64,000 nucleotides of DNA from Eledone cirrhosa (lineage: Eukaryota), in NCBI GenBank assembly GCA_964016885.1, contig OZ024740.1:129146001-129210000 (forward strand). Direction: 5' to 3'. Below the pieces are notes generated by a model, which was not told the DNA's origin, ran no database searches, and was given only the letters and a program-made list of their open reading frames with translations. Both the position numbers and the translations under genes were made by a program. Positions 30,054-44,084 of the stretch are shown here, in pieces. Position 1 is the first letter of the stretch, and the number at the start of each line of letters is the position of its first letter.

Positions 30054-30665
30054 GGGGTGAATTGGCAGTATCGGTAGAGGGTCGGACGCCATGCTTTGAC
30101 GCATAGTGTTACGGACCTTGCCATTCTGAGTTCAAATCCCGCTGATGTTAACTTTGCCTTTCATCCTTACGGGGTCGATAAAATAAAGTACCAGTAATGT
30201 ACTGGACAATTGCTGGCCTTGTGCCAATAGTAGAAACAATTATATATTAGGGCGGTGGGTTGGCAGTATCGGTAGAGGGTCTGTCGCCATGTTTTGCAAC
30301 AAAGAGTTACGTCCCTTTATGATCCGTTTTCAAATCCCGCCGAGGGTTACTTTGCCTTTCATCCTTACGGGGTCGATAAAATAAAGCACCAGTAATACAT
30401 TGGGATAATTGCTGGCCTTGTGCGAAAAATAGAAACAATTATATATTAAATGTATATCATTATATATTAAAAAAGGGTGGTGAATTAGCAGTATCGGTAG
30501 AGGGTCGAACGCCATGCCTCCCAGCATAGAGTTACGTCCCTTTATGGTCTGAGTTCAAATCCCACCGAAGTTAATTGTGCCTTTCATCCTTACGGGCTCG
30601 ATAAATAAAGTACCAGGAATGCACTGGGATAATTGCTGACCTTGTGCCAATAGTTGAAACAATTA
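30054..30665 (+). mobile_element. Three head-to-tail tRNA-derived SINE copies (~30054, ~30250, ~30475)
   Basis: Three diverged full copies separated by ATTATATATTA-type spacers. Confidence 0.9.
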
Positions 30666-31823
30666 TATATTAAATATGACTTTATTGATATCTCTGTAAA
30701 CTCCACGCTCTCTTTGAAAATTGTTTCAAATAGGCTTTTTAAAAATGATTAAATACGTTCTGACTACTGAATCACGTTGTCTACTGATAGTGGGTGTTTG
30801 TTATGTGAAATCTGGTATTTATCATCTGACGCTTAAAAATGCGTGCTTTGTTAAACAAAAAAATCAACTAATAGCTCTTAAAATGCAAACTGATTCTCTA
30901 TACTATAATATATATATTACCTATATGTTTATATAGAGAGGACTAATTCTTACGGAATACACGGAGTAAGGGAAAGGGGTAAAATGAAAAGAAAGAGGAT
31001 AGGGAGTGGAAGGAAGTGATAGGAAGAGACAAAGGGGAGAAGAAAATAGAAAGTAAAAGAAAAGAGGTTCATCTACCTATGTTAGCTGGGGTTTCCTCTA
31101 TCTTGTTCGGAAAGTGGGGAAAAGGAGGATATTGCAGCCATTGTCTACCCACCCAGGTCATTAGCGGGTTTGAGGGCGAGGTAAGTCCTACTGCCATGAC
31201 AGACTTAATTGTGTTTACAAGAAACTTTGACCAATCATCTTAACAACTACAATCTTCCTATATAAGTAATTACCCCTTGAACAGTTCGGCTATTTATTTA
31301 CCACGCTTAAAATTCTGATTTAGTCCAGAAATAGCCGTCGTAACGGCTTAAGCTCTCCCGTCGCGGTCATATATTTTCCTATTACCCACTCTCCTACCCT
31401 AAGTATTGAGTACTCTGGTGCATTATGGTCCATCTGGTTCCTAACCACAACTCCTTTGTTATATATATAAATATATATATGCATCAGTTGCGCCAGTGTT
31501 TTTGCATATATGTTCGGGTGTGTTTGTATCTACGTTTTTTATATTCTTATTAATTTCAATCAATAGACTGTGGCCATTCTGGTGTAACCATCGAAATGAA
31601 TATGAAAGCATGCGCACCAGATGTTGACTACGGTCGTTTTCGAAGACAGTGGCACTGATAAAGTATGTATTTGTCTGTAACGAACCGTCGATATCATAGG
31701 ATGATGATGGTTGTGTTGATGGTGGAAATAATAATAATATACATACATAGATACACGTATAGGTATTTGGTACAATGACGTCTTTAGATAAGAAACAGAT
31801 GTTAAATAATACTTTATTAATAA

Positions 31824-32280
31824 TCTATATATCTAAAACAGAGAATGTCTGTATGTCTGACTGACTCCCCAAAACTCGAGAACCACCAAACCGATTGTAC
31901 ACAAACTTCACACATGTAATACGTATGGCCCTGTGAATGTTTTGAGCAAAAACTATTTCAGGTTGTCAATGCCCTAGGGGCGGCATTAGGCGATTTATCG
32001 ATCTCTCCCTATAATTCTTAGTCTTTATTTTTAGATAGATACATAGATATAACTTTGCGCCCTTATAATAACTGTATGTATGTCTGGATGTCTGAATTAC
32101 GACATTATGACGCAATATGTGTGTGTGTGCGTGTGTATCTGTATATATAGTGTGTAACGGTTTTCGAAATATTTACTTCTGCGTTCATAGATTGATTTTT
32201 TTTGTTTCAGAATATCACGTTAAGGGTGAAAGCCGCAATTCTTTGCTGAAACATTAATCTGTTATTTTAATATATCTATA

Positions 32281-32332
<52 letters not shown>

Positions 32333-32589
32333 TATATTCGTGTACAGATAGTTTGCATACACAATAACAAAATATCAACTAAAGTATTTATTTCGCGATA
32401 AATTATTGATTTTCTTCGCACGGCAAAAAAAACCCTGGTAATCTACAAGGAATTTTTTTTATAAGCACAAAATGTAGACACCATCTCGAGGCCGAGATAA
32501 TCCGTACTTCCCTGTACTGTTTCAAAAAGGAGGGATAAACACGCCAATCTATGTTTAGAATCCAGAGCAACGCCGGGCCATTCTGCTAG
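31824..32589 (+). mobile_element. Non-autonomous Helitron-like element
   Basis: A|TC start (TCTATATATCTAAAA..TGTCTGTATGTCTG), 3' GAGCAACGCCGGG hairpin then CTAG|T. Confidence 0.75.
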
Positions 32590-34852
32590 TATCTGTTAAT
32601 GGTGTCGTCCTTGAGACCTGTTTTCCAATATGACATATTGGCTCCAATGCGTGAAACGCTTTGCAAATCAAACATTATCAAGAATAGCAGCTAGATAAAC
32701 ATATAGTTTGTGATTTGACTGCATTGCCTCTAGCGGCAATTCCAATTTCTGCGTAAGCACAGCCTTTCCGGAATGTGGCACTGTGTTTTAGCACAAGCAA
32801 ACGAAATGTTAAGCATACTAAGAAATATTTAATTAGAAAACTGTTTATTTAAACAGATCTTTCAATTGTTGCGAGAGGATTATGAAGAAGTGAAGTATCC
32901 TCATGATTTATAAATGGAAAAGAGCTATATATGTCTTTAACTAATTCGATTTATAGAATTATACTGTATGAAAATGTTCTAGGCTAAATGTCTTGCAAAT
33001 TTAATATCGCTATATAAACTATATTTATTATTTTCCAAGTCCCATATATTTTAATAAATATATATTCTATCATAGGTTACTGAAAAGGAAAGCACAAAAG
33101 AAAGCTATTGAAAAACCCGTGTTAAAAGTCACAAGTACATGCGTATTTAACCAAAAATGTAGAGCACTATTCTAAATATATTGATCTATTTAGATAGTTC
33201 TATGGAATTTTCCATTCCAATCCTTGTTTGAATCAAAAATACTACATATATAATCGAGTTTACACAATCTCATTCAATCATTTTCTTTGGCAGTTCAATA
33301 AACAAAGTCAATGTCACATTAATTAAGCTGGATAGTACCTATGGCCTTTGAAGAGATTCCTTAAATAGAGAAAGAGTGTCTCTGTTAACATCTACTACCT
33401 GTGGCAGCTCCAAACCATTAAAACAAAATTGTAAGGAAAAGAGTCAACGATATCGCATCAAAGAAGCCAACAAACTTCATTTGACAGATAATGTAAATGG
33501 CGATATGTGTTGGTAGAAAAACGTTTGTAGAAGATCTTCAGAGAGGGAAAATAACATTTTAAATGATAAATCAAAATATTGGCCATATATTTATTGAGTA
33601 GCTAACTGAAACCATGCGTTCATGATTACATTTTCAACACTCATAAATGTTTCATTTCTCTCCGCTGATTAACAATATGCCAGTGTATGCCTCAATTGTA
33701 TGGGGAGATTGTTTAATGAATTTGACGCCTCGATCAGCTGTTGGGGATAAATTGTCTTTTCTTTATTAGTTTTCTATTCAATCCCTTTGTCTTTCCCTCC
33801 CCATGCTGTCTTCCTACTCTTTTCCTTATCTCCTTTTGTATGTCTTCTCTCTCAATATCTCTCTTTGAAATTCTAGTTAATCCGTTTTCATTAATTAAAA
33901 CAAGGTTAATAATTAGTATTTGTGTAAACAGCCACTTTGCTACAATTGTGCATATCAATAACTAATTCATTTAATTAAGGAGTATCCCGATTAATTTCAT
34001 ATCTAATACTCGATTCTCCAATGTGTAATCTTTTAGAGTTTAGTGTATGGATATAGAAATATTTGTTTGCGATTCCAAGCAAATTGATCGTCCACAAACG
34101 GTCTAATTCAAGCATATCTGCCACTGTCTATGTATATCCGCTTGTGTATGCCTATCTCGTAGAGTGTCTGACAAATTATTTCAAAATAGACTATGAAAAT
34201 AACATTCTCTATTCACCGGAATATAAAGATGACGTGCAATGCTAATTACCTTATATTACGGAGTTTGTATTTCCACTGGATTTGCCGCATTTCTTCAGTG
34301 GTATACGTAATACGACACCACTTTAACTCCATCATCTAGCACATGGTAAAAAGTAGCTGATTTCACATATAATTTAAGCGATAACTATGGGCTGAGGATA
34401 CGTTCGTATTCACCTTCTTTATTCCCGCAGTCAGTGAAACAAATACACTTTAATCCCGTTCCTCCCTTAATAGAGATTAATGAAAATCTCTAAGGCATGA
34501 TTCCTACAAGATACTTTGTTTCTCAGTCTACATTTAATTATTTATTCTTGCGATTCACCAATGATTTTACTAATTATGTATATGTATATAAATGTTTAAT
34601 TACATATATGACGGTTCCGTCAACAATTGTATTATTAAAACAATTTTTCCTTTTACGTAATCTTATGCAATCTATTATCAGCAACTTTACAATTTATTTC
34701 TGTATATTGATATCGAAGTAACGTTAAACAGATATTGGAACACATCTATAAATATCAAGGCAATACACATATACATATCCACACACACCCGCATACACAC
34801 ACACACACACACATACACACACACACACACACGCCCCCCCCCCCCATATATC

Positions 34853-34894
<42 letters not shown>

Positions 34895-36040
34895 ATGGCA
34901 TACAGCGGGCTATAAGAATACCTATTCAACAACTTAGGACAACTCAAGGAAGAATAAACCAAGAACTGGTCATACCATTTATAATAACACACAACCCATG
35001 TCACCAGAATATTTTCTACACTGCCAAAGCAAACCTACCAATCATTGCTCAAAGTAATGAATTAAAAGGTTTAATCACTGACCCATCTTTGACTACTAGT
35101 AAAAGACACCCGAAAAATTTGAAGGCAAAGTTCTACCTTAACAACAACGACCAATCATTCACTGTATGTAAATGCCATGTTAGTCGTTGTGGCACATGTC
35201 AATCCATACAGACTGGTCAATATATGAACACAAACTGGAAAACATATTCCCAAATGAAAATATGAACTGCAAAAGCAGAAATCTAATTGACTGCATTAAA
35301 TGCCGGAATTGTCGGTCAAACTGGAACTGCACTCTCGGACGTGCACGGGTGCACCGACAGCAAATCGGAGACCCAAATGTCCGTCAGCTGAGTAACCATC
35401 TAGCAACATGTGGTCAGAGAATATTTATAATATTTCCATTCTACAAATTACACATCCCAAGTGAAATCAAGAGAAACATTAAAGAAAAGTATGTTATTGA
35501 TAAATTCCAACCCAAGCTAAATGAACAATAATAATACTTAGGGGTATTACTCGTGCTATGACTACGCCTACGACCATATCGACTACCACCACTAACAACA
35601 ATAACAACAACAATAATAATAATAAAAGTGATGTTGATGGTGATGATTACTGAAGATTTTTTTATAAAAATCTCATAAAATGCTATTTTCATCATTTCTA
35701 AAAATAGCAAAACAATTGATGATTTGGTTAGGGTCAAATAGAAGCCGTTATACATGCTCAACCAACTGTGACGCCTAAACCAATCAGCTTAAGTAATCTA
35801 CTGATAGTACACACCGATTGGTCGAAAAACAGTTTGCAAAACTTAGTATTCTGCAGCCCCTTTTTACTGTATATAAGGTACATAATTTACCCATCTCATT
35901 ACAGTTGAACATTGCAAACTTGACTGTCACCACTGAATATGAACCTGAAGATTGCGAAAGCATGAAAGTATTTGTTCAATTAACACTTAACATTTAATAT
36001 TCTACCATACTATTTCATTATAATATCATTATAATTTTAA
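34895..36040 (+). mobile_element. 5'-truncated decayed Penelope-like element (Neptune-like linker + GIY-YIG remnant + 3' pLTR with HHR)
   Basis: KCHVSRCGTCQSI linker, NMNCKSRNLIDCIKC..R..VHRQQI..SNHL..KEKYVIDKFQPKLN; begins right after (TA)n; homologous copy at 63430-64000. Confidence 0.78.
35940..35978 (+). ncRNA. Minimal type I hammerhead motif
   Basis: tgaac-CTGAAGA-ttgc gaaa gcat-GAAA-gtat-TT-gttca. Confidence 0.7.
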
Positions 36041-36059
36041 AGGATTGTAAATAAAACGA

Positions 36060-36160
<101 letters not shown>

Positions 36161-36822
36161 CATATATACATTTATAGATAGACACACAGATATTTGGAGA
36201 GGCTTGAGGTAAGGAATGTTGAGAGAGAAAAATGGAGGCAGAAACATTCTGTGTACGTATATTTGACTTACCAAGTCTTGGGTGTTTTATAAGTTTAAAT
36301 GTTTTATCTATGTATACGTATGTATTTGCCAGTGTATGATTATGTATATACCTCTATGTGTTTGATTCATATATATATATTGGTCCTTATCTACTCACAT
36401 GTTTACAATGTCTGTTACCTAGAAAACAATATATATTAATCGGATTTTAAAAATAAATCTGTTTTTAAAAGTACAATAAAATCTTATCAGTGACCGATTC
36501 TAATTTTAACTGAGTGAATAATCTAAAAGTGTAATCACATGGGAAAGTCATGAATGTGTAAAAGTCAGTTCGAGTCTCATAATAAGAGTATCGTATAATA
36601 ATCTTATCTGTATAATATATTTTATAATCGCTTCATATTTATTTATTTGTAGAATTCTGAAGACAATATTTTATATGAATAAATAGTCTTTAATAATAAA
36701 AGCAAAAACCAAACTGCAAACATATAAACGACGACGATATAAACAGTGGAAATAACATTAAAAAACATGATGCAGGCTTACAAAAAGAAATTTACTTTCT
36801 TAACATTGGTAATTAATAGTAT

Positions 36823-36966
<144 letters not shown>

Positions 36967-36989
36967 TATATATATATATATACTATATA

Positions 36990-37020
<31 letters not shown>

Positions 37021-37046
37021 CTATATATACTATATATATATATATA

Positions 37047-37088
<42 letters not shown>

Positions 37089-37097
37089 ATATATATA

Positions 37098-38528
37098 CTT
37101 AGGGTAAACATTGATGCAATTCAAATCAAGCACTCAACGTACTTATTACACATAGGAGGGACGGAGTAAATTTCGAATAAGGAAAAGCGAAGTAGTTTCA
37201 GATGTTCAAGTCCTTTAATATTTACTCCTTTCGATATTTACTCCGTCACTCCTATGTGGAATAAGTACGTTGAGTGCTTGATTTGAATTGCATCAATGTT
37301 TACCCTAAGAATTTAGGTCCAATTAGTTGAGCGCTCTATGATGTAACCTATATGGTGGAGCAGAGAGGAACCAACCATGAGCTACCCCTGGAAATTCCCT
37401 CTACCATGGGATGGAAACCCCTGACACTGGACGGGCATAATAACTTTCGGCAGGATAAATACGAGGAAACAAAGATAAACCCCTATTTTTCTGCACCAAA
37501 TCGCATTTGCACAGAAGCCCCCCCCCCCCCCAACCCAATTCAACCTATACATGGATAAATTGACAATAATATGGATCATTTTGCATATATGTACTCTGTG
37601 TTTTTGCATTCATTCATTCATTCATTGGTTCTTTTCTTTTGTGTACTTTATATATGTTTTTGTTAGTCGTAATTTCCATCACCTGGAACAAAACCATGTA
37701 CCCGTAATACTGTAATTTACCCTCAGTTCTACTGTACGGCACCATCGTTCAGTATGTAGATAGTATAACTGTAACATTAGGACCCCTTTCAGAACTTCTT
37801 ACTTAAACATCTCTTGCATATTATTTACTCACTTCAATCTATAATTTTTTTACTCACCTCAATCCGGATTCTCACTTGAAAATTCTTTAATTGTTTAATT
37901 TCTAATTGTTAATTTTTTAATTTATAATTTCTGATACTTAATTTAGGATTTTCAATTTTAAATTGTAATTTTTAGTTCTAATTTCACTTATAACTTATAA
38001 TATGAAACTATGATACATAGAATTAAATATATCCTCTCAGAAGTTGATGGTCAGTTATACTGTCCATGATTGTGAGAGGTAGTAAAGAGACCTGTAAATA
38101 CTAACACTCTCCCATCACCACTGGCTTTCGGCTGACTGCCACAACGGGATGGGTAGCACAAACATGGTGCAGGCTTGAATGGATCATTGTCTCGCTGAGA
38201 GAGGGAATTGACTAAGCGAATTTTGTCTAAATCTGTGGTAGCTAATGGTCAACTTCCCCTTGGACCTGCGCCTGCGCAGAACAGTGGGGGTGAATTGGTA
38301 CTCACACGGGAACGGATGAAGAACCCAAAAGCACATACTTCGTCCGTTCCCATGTCGATTCAACATGGATTGCCTCGGAAACATAACCTTATTATGTAAC
38401 AAGCTGTCTGACGATGTCGGGAGACTGGCCAACAGAACAGTGTGGCCACTTTTGCCATCGAAATATGTATCACAGCATTATTATTAAAGGACTTGAACAT
38501 ATGAAACTACTTCGCTTTTCCTTATTCG

Positions 38529-38530
<2 letters not shown>
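37098..38530 (+). mobile_element. ~1.3 kb non-coding PLE derivative with 5' inverted segment and 3' HHR
   Basis: 37098-37177 = revcomp of 37231-37309; 37174-37220 = revcomp of 38482-38529; (TA)n on both flanks. Confidence 0.8.
38403..38476 (+). ncRNA. Type I hammerhead motif with extended stem II
   Basis: gctgt-CTGACGA-..tggcca..tggcca..-GAAA-tatgta-TC-acagc. Confidence 0.72.
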
Positions 38531-38559
<29 letters not shown>

Positions 38560-38623
38560 ATCGAAGTATTTCCGTCGGAAAGGTACAAGAAAAAAGGATG
38601 ATCTATGTAGGCTACAGAGCTTA

Positions 38624-38778
38624 TTATTTACCAGTGGTTTCTTGAAGGAAGATATTTATATCTGTCTTCAGTCGTCAGAATGAAAACCATATTTAATAAA
38701 AAGACCATGTTGTTTATTCATTCTGACGACTGAAGCCAGATATAAATACCTACATTCAAGAAACCACTGGTAAATGAA
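38624..38778. ncRNA. Inverted pair of type I hammerhead motifs (38624-38684 minus; 38717-38778 plus)
   Basis: ttcatt-CTGACGA-ctgaa..ttcaa-GAAA-ccactgg-TA-aatgaa and an imperfect reverse complement. Confidence 0.75.
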
Positions 38779-38808
38779 ATAATTATCTTATGTTGTTTAT
38801 TACATAAC

Positions 38809-38850
<42 letters not shown>

Positions 38851-38860
38851 CAAACACACA

Positions 38861-38916
<56 letters not shown>

Positions 38917-38955
38917 TATGTGAATACACGCACACAGAAACACACAGAAACACAA

Positions 38956-38997
<42 letters not shown>

Positions 38998-39478
38998 CGT
39001 ATAACTGAACAAAAAAGAAAAGCGAACACAGACATGTATGGGTTCAAATAGTAATGGACCAGAATCACTAAGGTGAAAAGAAATACTAACTACAGACAAT
39101 ATGGTTTGCTAGACTCAATTTAAGAATAAATCAAGAAAAATAAATACAAACCAGAATTGTTGTAACTACCTTCACTCGGACAGTTTTGATAGTACTGTTT
39201 CACAATATTATTTGTGAAGAGGAATACCAAAGTCCTAGCTCACCAGCGGGTGAAGAAATTAGTATCCTGATCACTTCTAAATATAATTAAAAAACTGCAT
39301 AATATGTGTATATGTAACGCACATGGTTCCCGAACATAGCGTGTCTCGCAGACTCACGCCACTAAAAATAGTAGCCGGGTTTACTCGACAATTGAAGTAT
39401 CTCGACGAATTAACGGAGCCGAATATATCAAAGGCATGTATTGAGTTAGAAACTCAAAATAGTCTCATTAAACTAATG

Positions 39479-39612
39479 ACTTACGGCCCTTTATGATCTG
39501 AGTTCAAATCCCGCCGAAGTTAACTTGCCTTTCATCCTTGCGATGTCGATAAAATAAAATACCAGTAATACACTGGAATAATTGCTGGCCTTGTGCCAAT
39601 ATAGAAACAATT
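39479..39612 (+). mobile_element. 5'-truncated tRNA-derived SINE
   Basis: B-box through 3' end of the SINE family. Confidence 0.85.
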
Positions 39613-42350
39613 ATTATATTGTCTCAAACCTCCTGTGGTCGAATTAACACAGGAGTGTTCTAATTGTTTTTTTTATAAGAAATAAGTTATTCACTCTCTG
39701 TCCATCTTACAACACGTCCGTGACCTCTGTAGCATGTGTTAATTCCACTCTGCGCCTCTCGAGATATTCTCATTTGATACAAACGAAACAGTCCTTTTAT
39801 CCTGAGAGGTCTCTTGATAAACCGTATTAACCTCACAACGTTGATGAATGTTTATAATGCAGAAGTTGCCCAGAGATCGGCGAAACTGCAGTTGGGACGT
39901 TGAAGAAAAATTAAGTATACATTTGTATATTATTTCCTCCTATTATACCTATATATATATATATATATACCTTCACTCTCACACACACACACGTACACAC
40001 ACACACATATACACACACTCTCACAAACACACACACACATATATGTATATATTTATATATGTTTCAACCTGCCAAATTTCACTCCCACGCCATTGAGTAA
40101 TCCGATGTCACAGAGGAATACAATTTCCCATGTCGTCAAGCCTCATAACTACACTCCCTTTATTGCGCATGCACTTAGATGCTTAGTAATTGTAACCGTC
40201 TTATACAGCAGAAGGAATAAAAACCACACCAAGTGCATTATCTGTGTGAAAATGCAACAACGATCTCACTGCCACTCTCCGGTATAATCTAGACTGTGGA
40301 GAAAATGTACATGTACCACCTGTTTATTGAAATGTTATTTGAAATAACATTTGGCAGATGATTAATGTACCAAGATATGCTAGCTACTGTACAAAGAGGT
40401 TCTATCTAATAATGTCATATGCTATTAAAGGTGATATAGCAAGTGCTTTTGCCTATATATATTATCTGGAACTGCAGACTCTATTAGTGCATATGTGTTT
40501 TATGTATATATGTGTCGAATTTAAATGCATGTCTGTGACCAATATGATAAAAGGCGGTTGAAAGAAACTAGCATAAAAGGTATAGATTATCAGCATACTA
40601 CTTCCAATTCTTACAAATTATGTGTATATTTATTCGCGGCTAAAATCATTCGTACATTGAGAATGATCTAATTTCAGGTATTATACCTTGGGATTCAGTT
40701 AGTCGGTTTTAATTACACATACAGTTATACTAAACTACATGAGAGTGAATAAGCTCATTCTATTATTACACATAGGTGAAGTCCCGCGGTCCTAAATTAT
40801 GTTGTAACTATGCTCAGCAAACTGGACCAGGATAGATCTTTTTACAGAATCAATTTCACATTAATACGTATATGTATTTTCAGTGAAATTCGTCGCGAAT
40901 GCAAGCATTACAAAACAGTTATGCACACTACAGAAATCTATTTTGAATGTAGAATTAATAATATGACGTTGAACGCTAAGAAAAGACGCTACACAAGTCG
41001 GCAGACCTGACCAGAATAAGTCGCACAATGCTAAGCTTCACGTACCCATATATTATAGATAATAGCACATACATTTAAATGTAATCTATTGTTCTAAGTG
41101 ATATACTGTGTTTCTTACTGTGTTACATTACTCTCCTTCTAAAATATATTTCATATATTTTAGTGGCAAATAAAGACAAGGTTAATAGTATTTCGTCTCA
41201 AATTACTTTATTTTGGCACTATAACCTCGCATTGTCTCAATAATACGATAGTGGTTATAAATCACGTAGATATTATTCAAATCGTAAACCTAGACGACAG
41301 AATTAAATATTTTAATTAAAAGATTCGTAACAGGTCAGATCTTTACACGGACCATTCTGATGATATTTAAGATGATGTAGATGTTTTAGATAATGAAGTT
41401 AATATCAATGAAAAGGCGGGCGACGGTGAACTATGATAAAGAGAAATAGAAATAGAACATATGGTAATGCTGGTATCAACGGGGACGGTTGCAATAATAA
41501 TTAATTATTTCGAACTTGCCTGCCAAGGCTCAGATATGAAAATTCGAAAAGTAAAGCCCACTCATCAAAAGGGGGTAACTACACAGGCACATCAGAATAA
41601 ACACAGCAATAATAACCGGGGTGGGGGTAGGACTCAACGAGAATGTAGCATACAAAAACAATTGTAAACTTGGTGCATTAGAAATGTGCTTCAAACGTTT
41701 AAAAATGGAATAATGCCCCACTCTCGATTAGGGGAGCTATGGTGAAAAGCATTACATCCGTTTACATACAGATTTTATTACTGGCTCTATTTTGATGCTT
41801 GATTTTTCTTCTTCATAGTGTCGAAAGGAAAATATTCGACAATTAAAGTTTGTAGTAATCAATGTTGAGCATGAAAGAACATATCTATGCCGAAAAAAAC
41901 AAAAAAACTCTGTAGATTCCTCAACTTGAACATATTTTCAACATTATACGTTCGCTTATGCGTCAAATTCGTCCTTTACTCAATACCAGAAGAGAGAAAC
42001 GTCGTGTTCTCCCCCTTTTGTCACACACACATACAACCCAGCACCCCCCCCCCCTCCCCCACACACATACACTTACACTCTAACACTCCCTCTCTAAGAA
42101 AATTACATTCTTTTACATATTTATGCACATCTATTTCGCTTGGGGCTCCTCATATCGCTATATCTATGAATGAAAATCATAACTTTCTCTCTATCCACCT
42201 CTTTCTGTCACCTCGAAAACACTTGGCGTTCCCTTCTTTCTCTGTCTCTCCATCTATGTACATATCTCTCGCTTGGCGCACCCTCTCTCTACATAAATTG
42301 AGCAGTAGAGGCGGATAGACGGACAGACAGACTGCACTTTTATTATAATA

Positions 42351-42828
42351 CTAGCAGCAGTACCCAGTGTTGCCTCGGTAGGCAAAATATTATCTGCTTT
42401 GATGAAAAGGTGTTGATCTTAGCAACAGCTAATTGATGACTCATCTATAGCCACACACAGGCCATGCGGGGGAGGGTAGTGATGACCTCTATTACTGAGA
42501 AACGCAAGTGACTGACGAAGGGGCATGCTGGGGTAGGGAGTTTCGAATTTGAACGAAATCGGTGGCAAAATGTGGGAGCTGGAGCCAAAAATCTTATTTT
42601 TCGATACCTAAAAAAAACGTGACACCCTTATCAATTTTTATCTCCAGAATGACCCCGAATAAAAAAAAAACGATACGCTAATATATAGAAAACACTCCCC
42701 GATGACTAATCTATAAGCCTGTAAACTTTCATGAAAATCGGTCGTAATTTGTAGGCCCCTATAGGTAATACACAGACACACAGACACACACACGTACTCA
42801 ATTTTATATATATATATACTGATATAGA
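42351..42828 (-). mobile_element. Non-autonomous Helitron-like element
   Basis: Minus strand: TC..TATATAAAATTGAG(TG)n start; 3' ACCGAGGCAACACTGGGT hairpin then CTAG|T. Confidence 0.68.
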
Positions 42829-43069
42829 TTACAGTAGTCATTTTAAAACACCAGGCGTTTTACGGCTTATCTATATTGATCTGTGCCTCAGCCCGCACAA
42901 TATATATGTAGAGGGTGCGAAGACGGGGAAGAATGAACAAAATATAATAACCTATGTCTTATAATATATCTAGAAGGATGGAAGAAGGGGAGGAGAAAAC
43001 ATTATTGTTGAGAAAGAAACAATGAAAGAGACATTGTGGGAGAGGTGGAACATGTATGGTGGACGATAG

Positions 43070-43269
43070 NNNNNNNNNNNNNNNNNNNNNNNNNNNNNNN
43101 NNNNNNNNNNNNNNNNNNNNNNNNNNNNNNNNNNNNNNNNNNNNNNNNNNNNNNNNNNNNNNNNNNNNNNNNNNNNNNNNNNNNNNNNNNNNNNNNNNNN
43201 NNNNNNNNNNNNNNNNNNNNNNNNNNNNNNNNNNNNNNNNNNNNNNNNNNNNNNNNNNNNNNNNNNNNN
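43070..43269. other. Assembly gap (run of N)
   Basis: 200 N. Confidence 0.99.
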
Positions 43270-43437
43270 TACAACAAGTAATATTTTTATAAACTGATAT
43301 AAACCACTCGATACATTTTTGTAGTAGATATACGATATTAATAATATGGAAACTATATTTATAAAACCATATTTTATTTCGTTTCTGAATTGTGTTTAGC
43401 AAGATTCTTTATCTGAAATCGTGTGTTGAAACCGATA

Positions 43438-43870
43438 TTGTTATACTTTGGGAGGGCTATGTTGCCAATAGCACACGCACCAGTTGCTTTCACTTCAATT
43501 TAATTTATTAAATATTTATAAATTTACAAATTTATAAATTTCTGGTTGGTTGGTTGGTTCCACAACCAGATAGTTGTTTATATATATATAGTCATAGTTC
43601 TTTCGTCACACACTCTGGCGTAGGATAGAAGAAAGGAAAGGCACAGAAACGAAAGAAGAAAATCCCCAGTCACTGAAGAGGTCACAGAGTGTGTGACGAA
43701 AGAACTATGACTATTAAATATATAAACAACTATCTGGTTGTGGACACCAACCAACCAACCAGAAATTTATAATTTGTAAATTTATAAATATTTAATAAAT
43801 TAAATTGAAGTGAAAGCAAACTGGTGCGTGTGTTTCTTATTGGCAACATGACCCTCCCAAAGTATAACAA
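43438..43870. repeat. ~180 bp-arm inverted repeat containing an HHR
   Basis: 43438-43617 is the reverse complement of 43685-43870 with a few indels. Confidence 0.85.
43668..43712 (+). ncRNA. Minimal type I hammerhead motif
   Basis: agtca-CTGAAGA-g gtcaca gagtg tgtgac-GAAA-gaac-TA-tgact. Confidence 0.8.
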
Positions 43871-43871
43871 C

Positions 43872-44056
43872 ATATTTATTTCATTATACATATTTCAGGA
43901 TACTACATTAAATGGGGTATGCCTCATCAGAACAAAATACAATATAAAGGGTACGTCAAACCTACTTGTAAAACTGTTATATATTGTATTTTGTCTGATG
44001 AAGGCATACCATATTATAATGTGGTATCCCTGAAATATGTATAATGAAATAAATAT
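43872..44056. ncRNA. Inverted pair of type I hammerhead motifs (43877-43939 minus; 43987-44051 plus)
   Basis: tattttgt-CTGATGA-aggcatacca..tggtatccct-GAAA-tatgta-TA-atgaaata and its imperfect reverse complement. Confidence 0.78.
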
Positions 44057-44084
44057 GGTTTTATAATATAGTTCATTATTCCAT

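Noticed and set aside
36655-36700. CTGAAGA..GAA motif near a (TA)n tract
   Set aside because: No convincing stems I or III.
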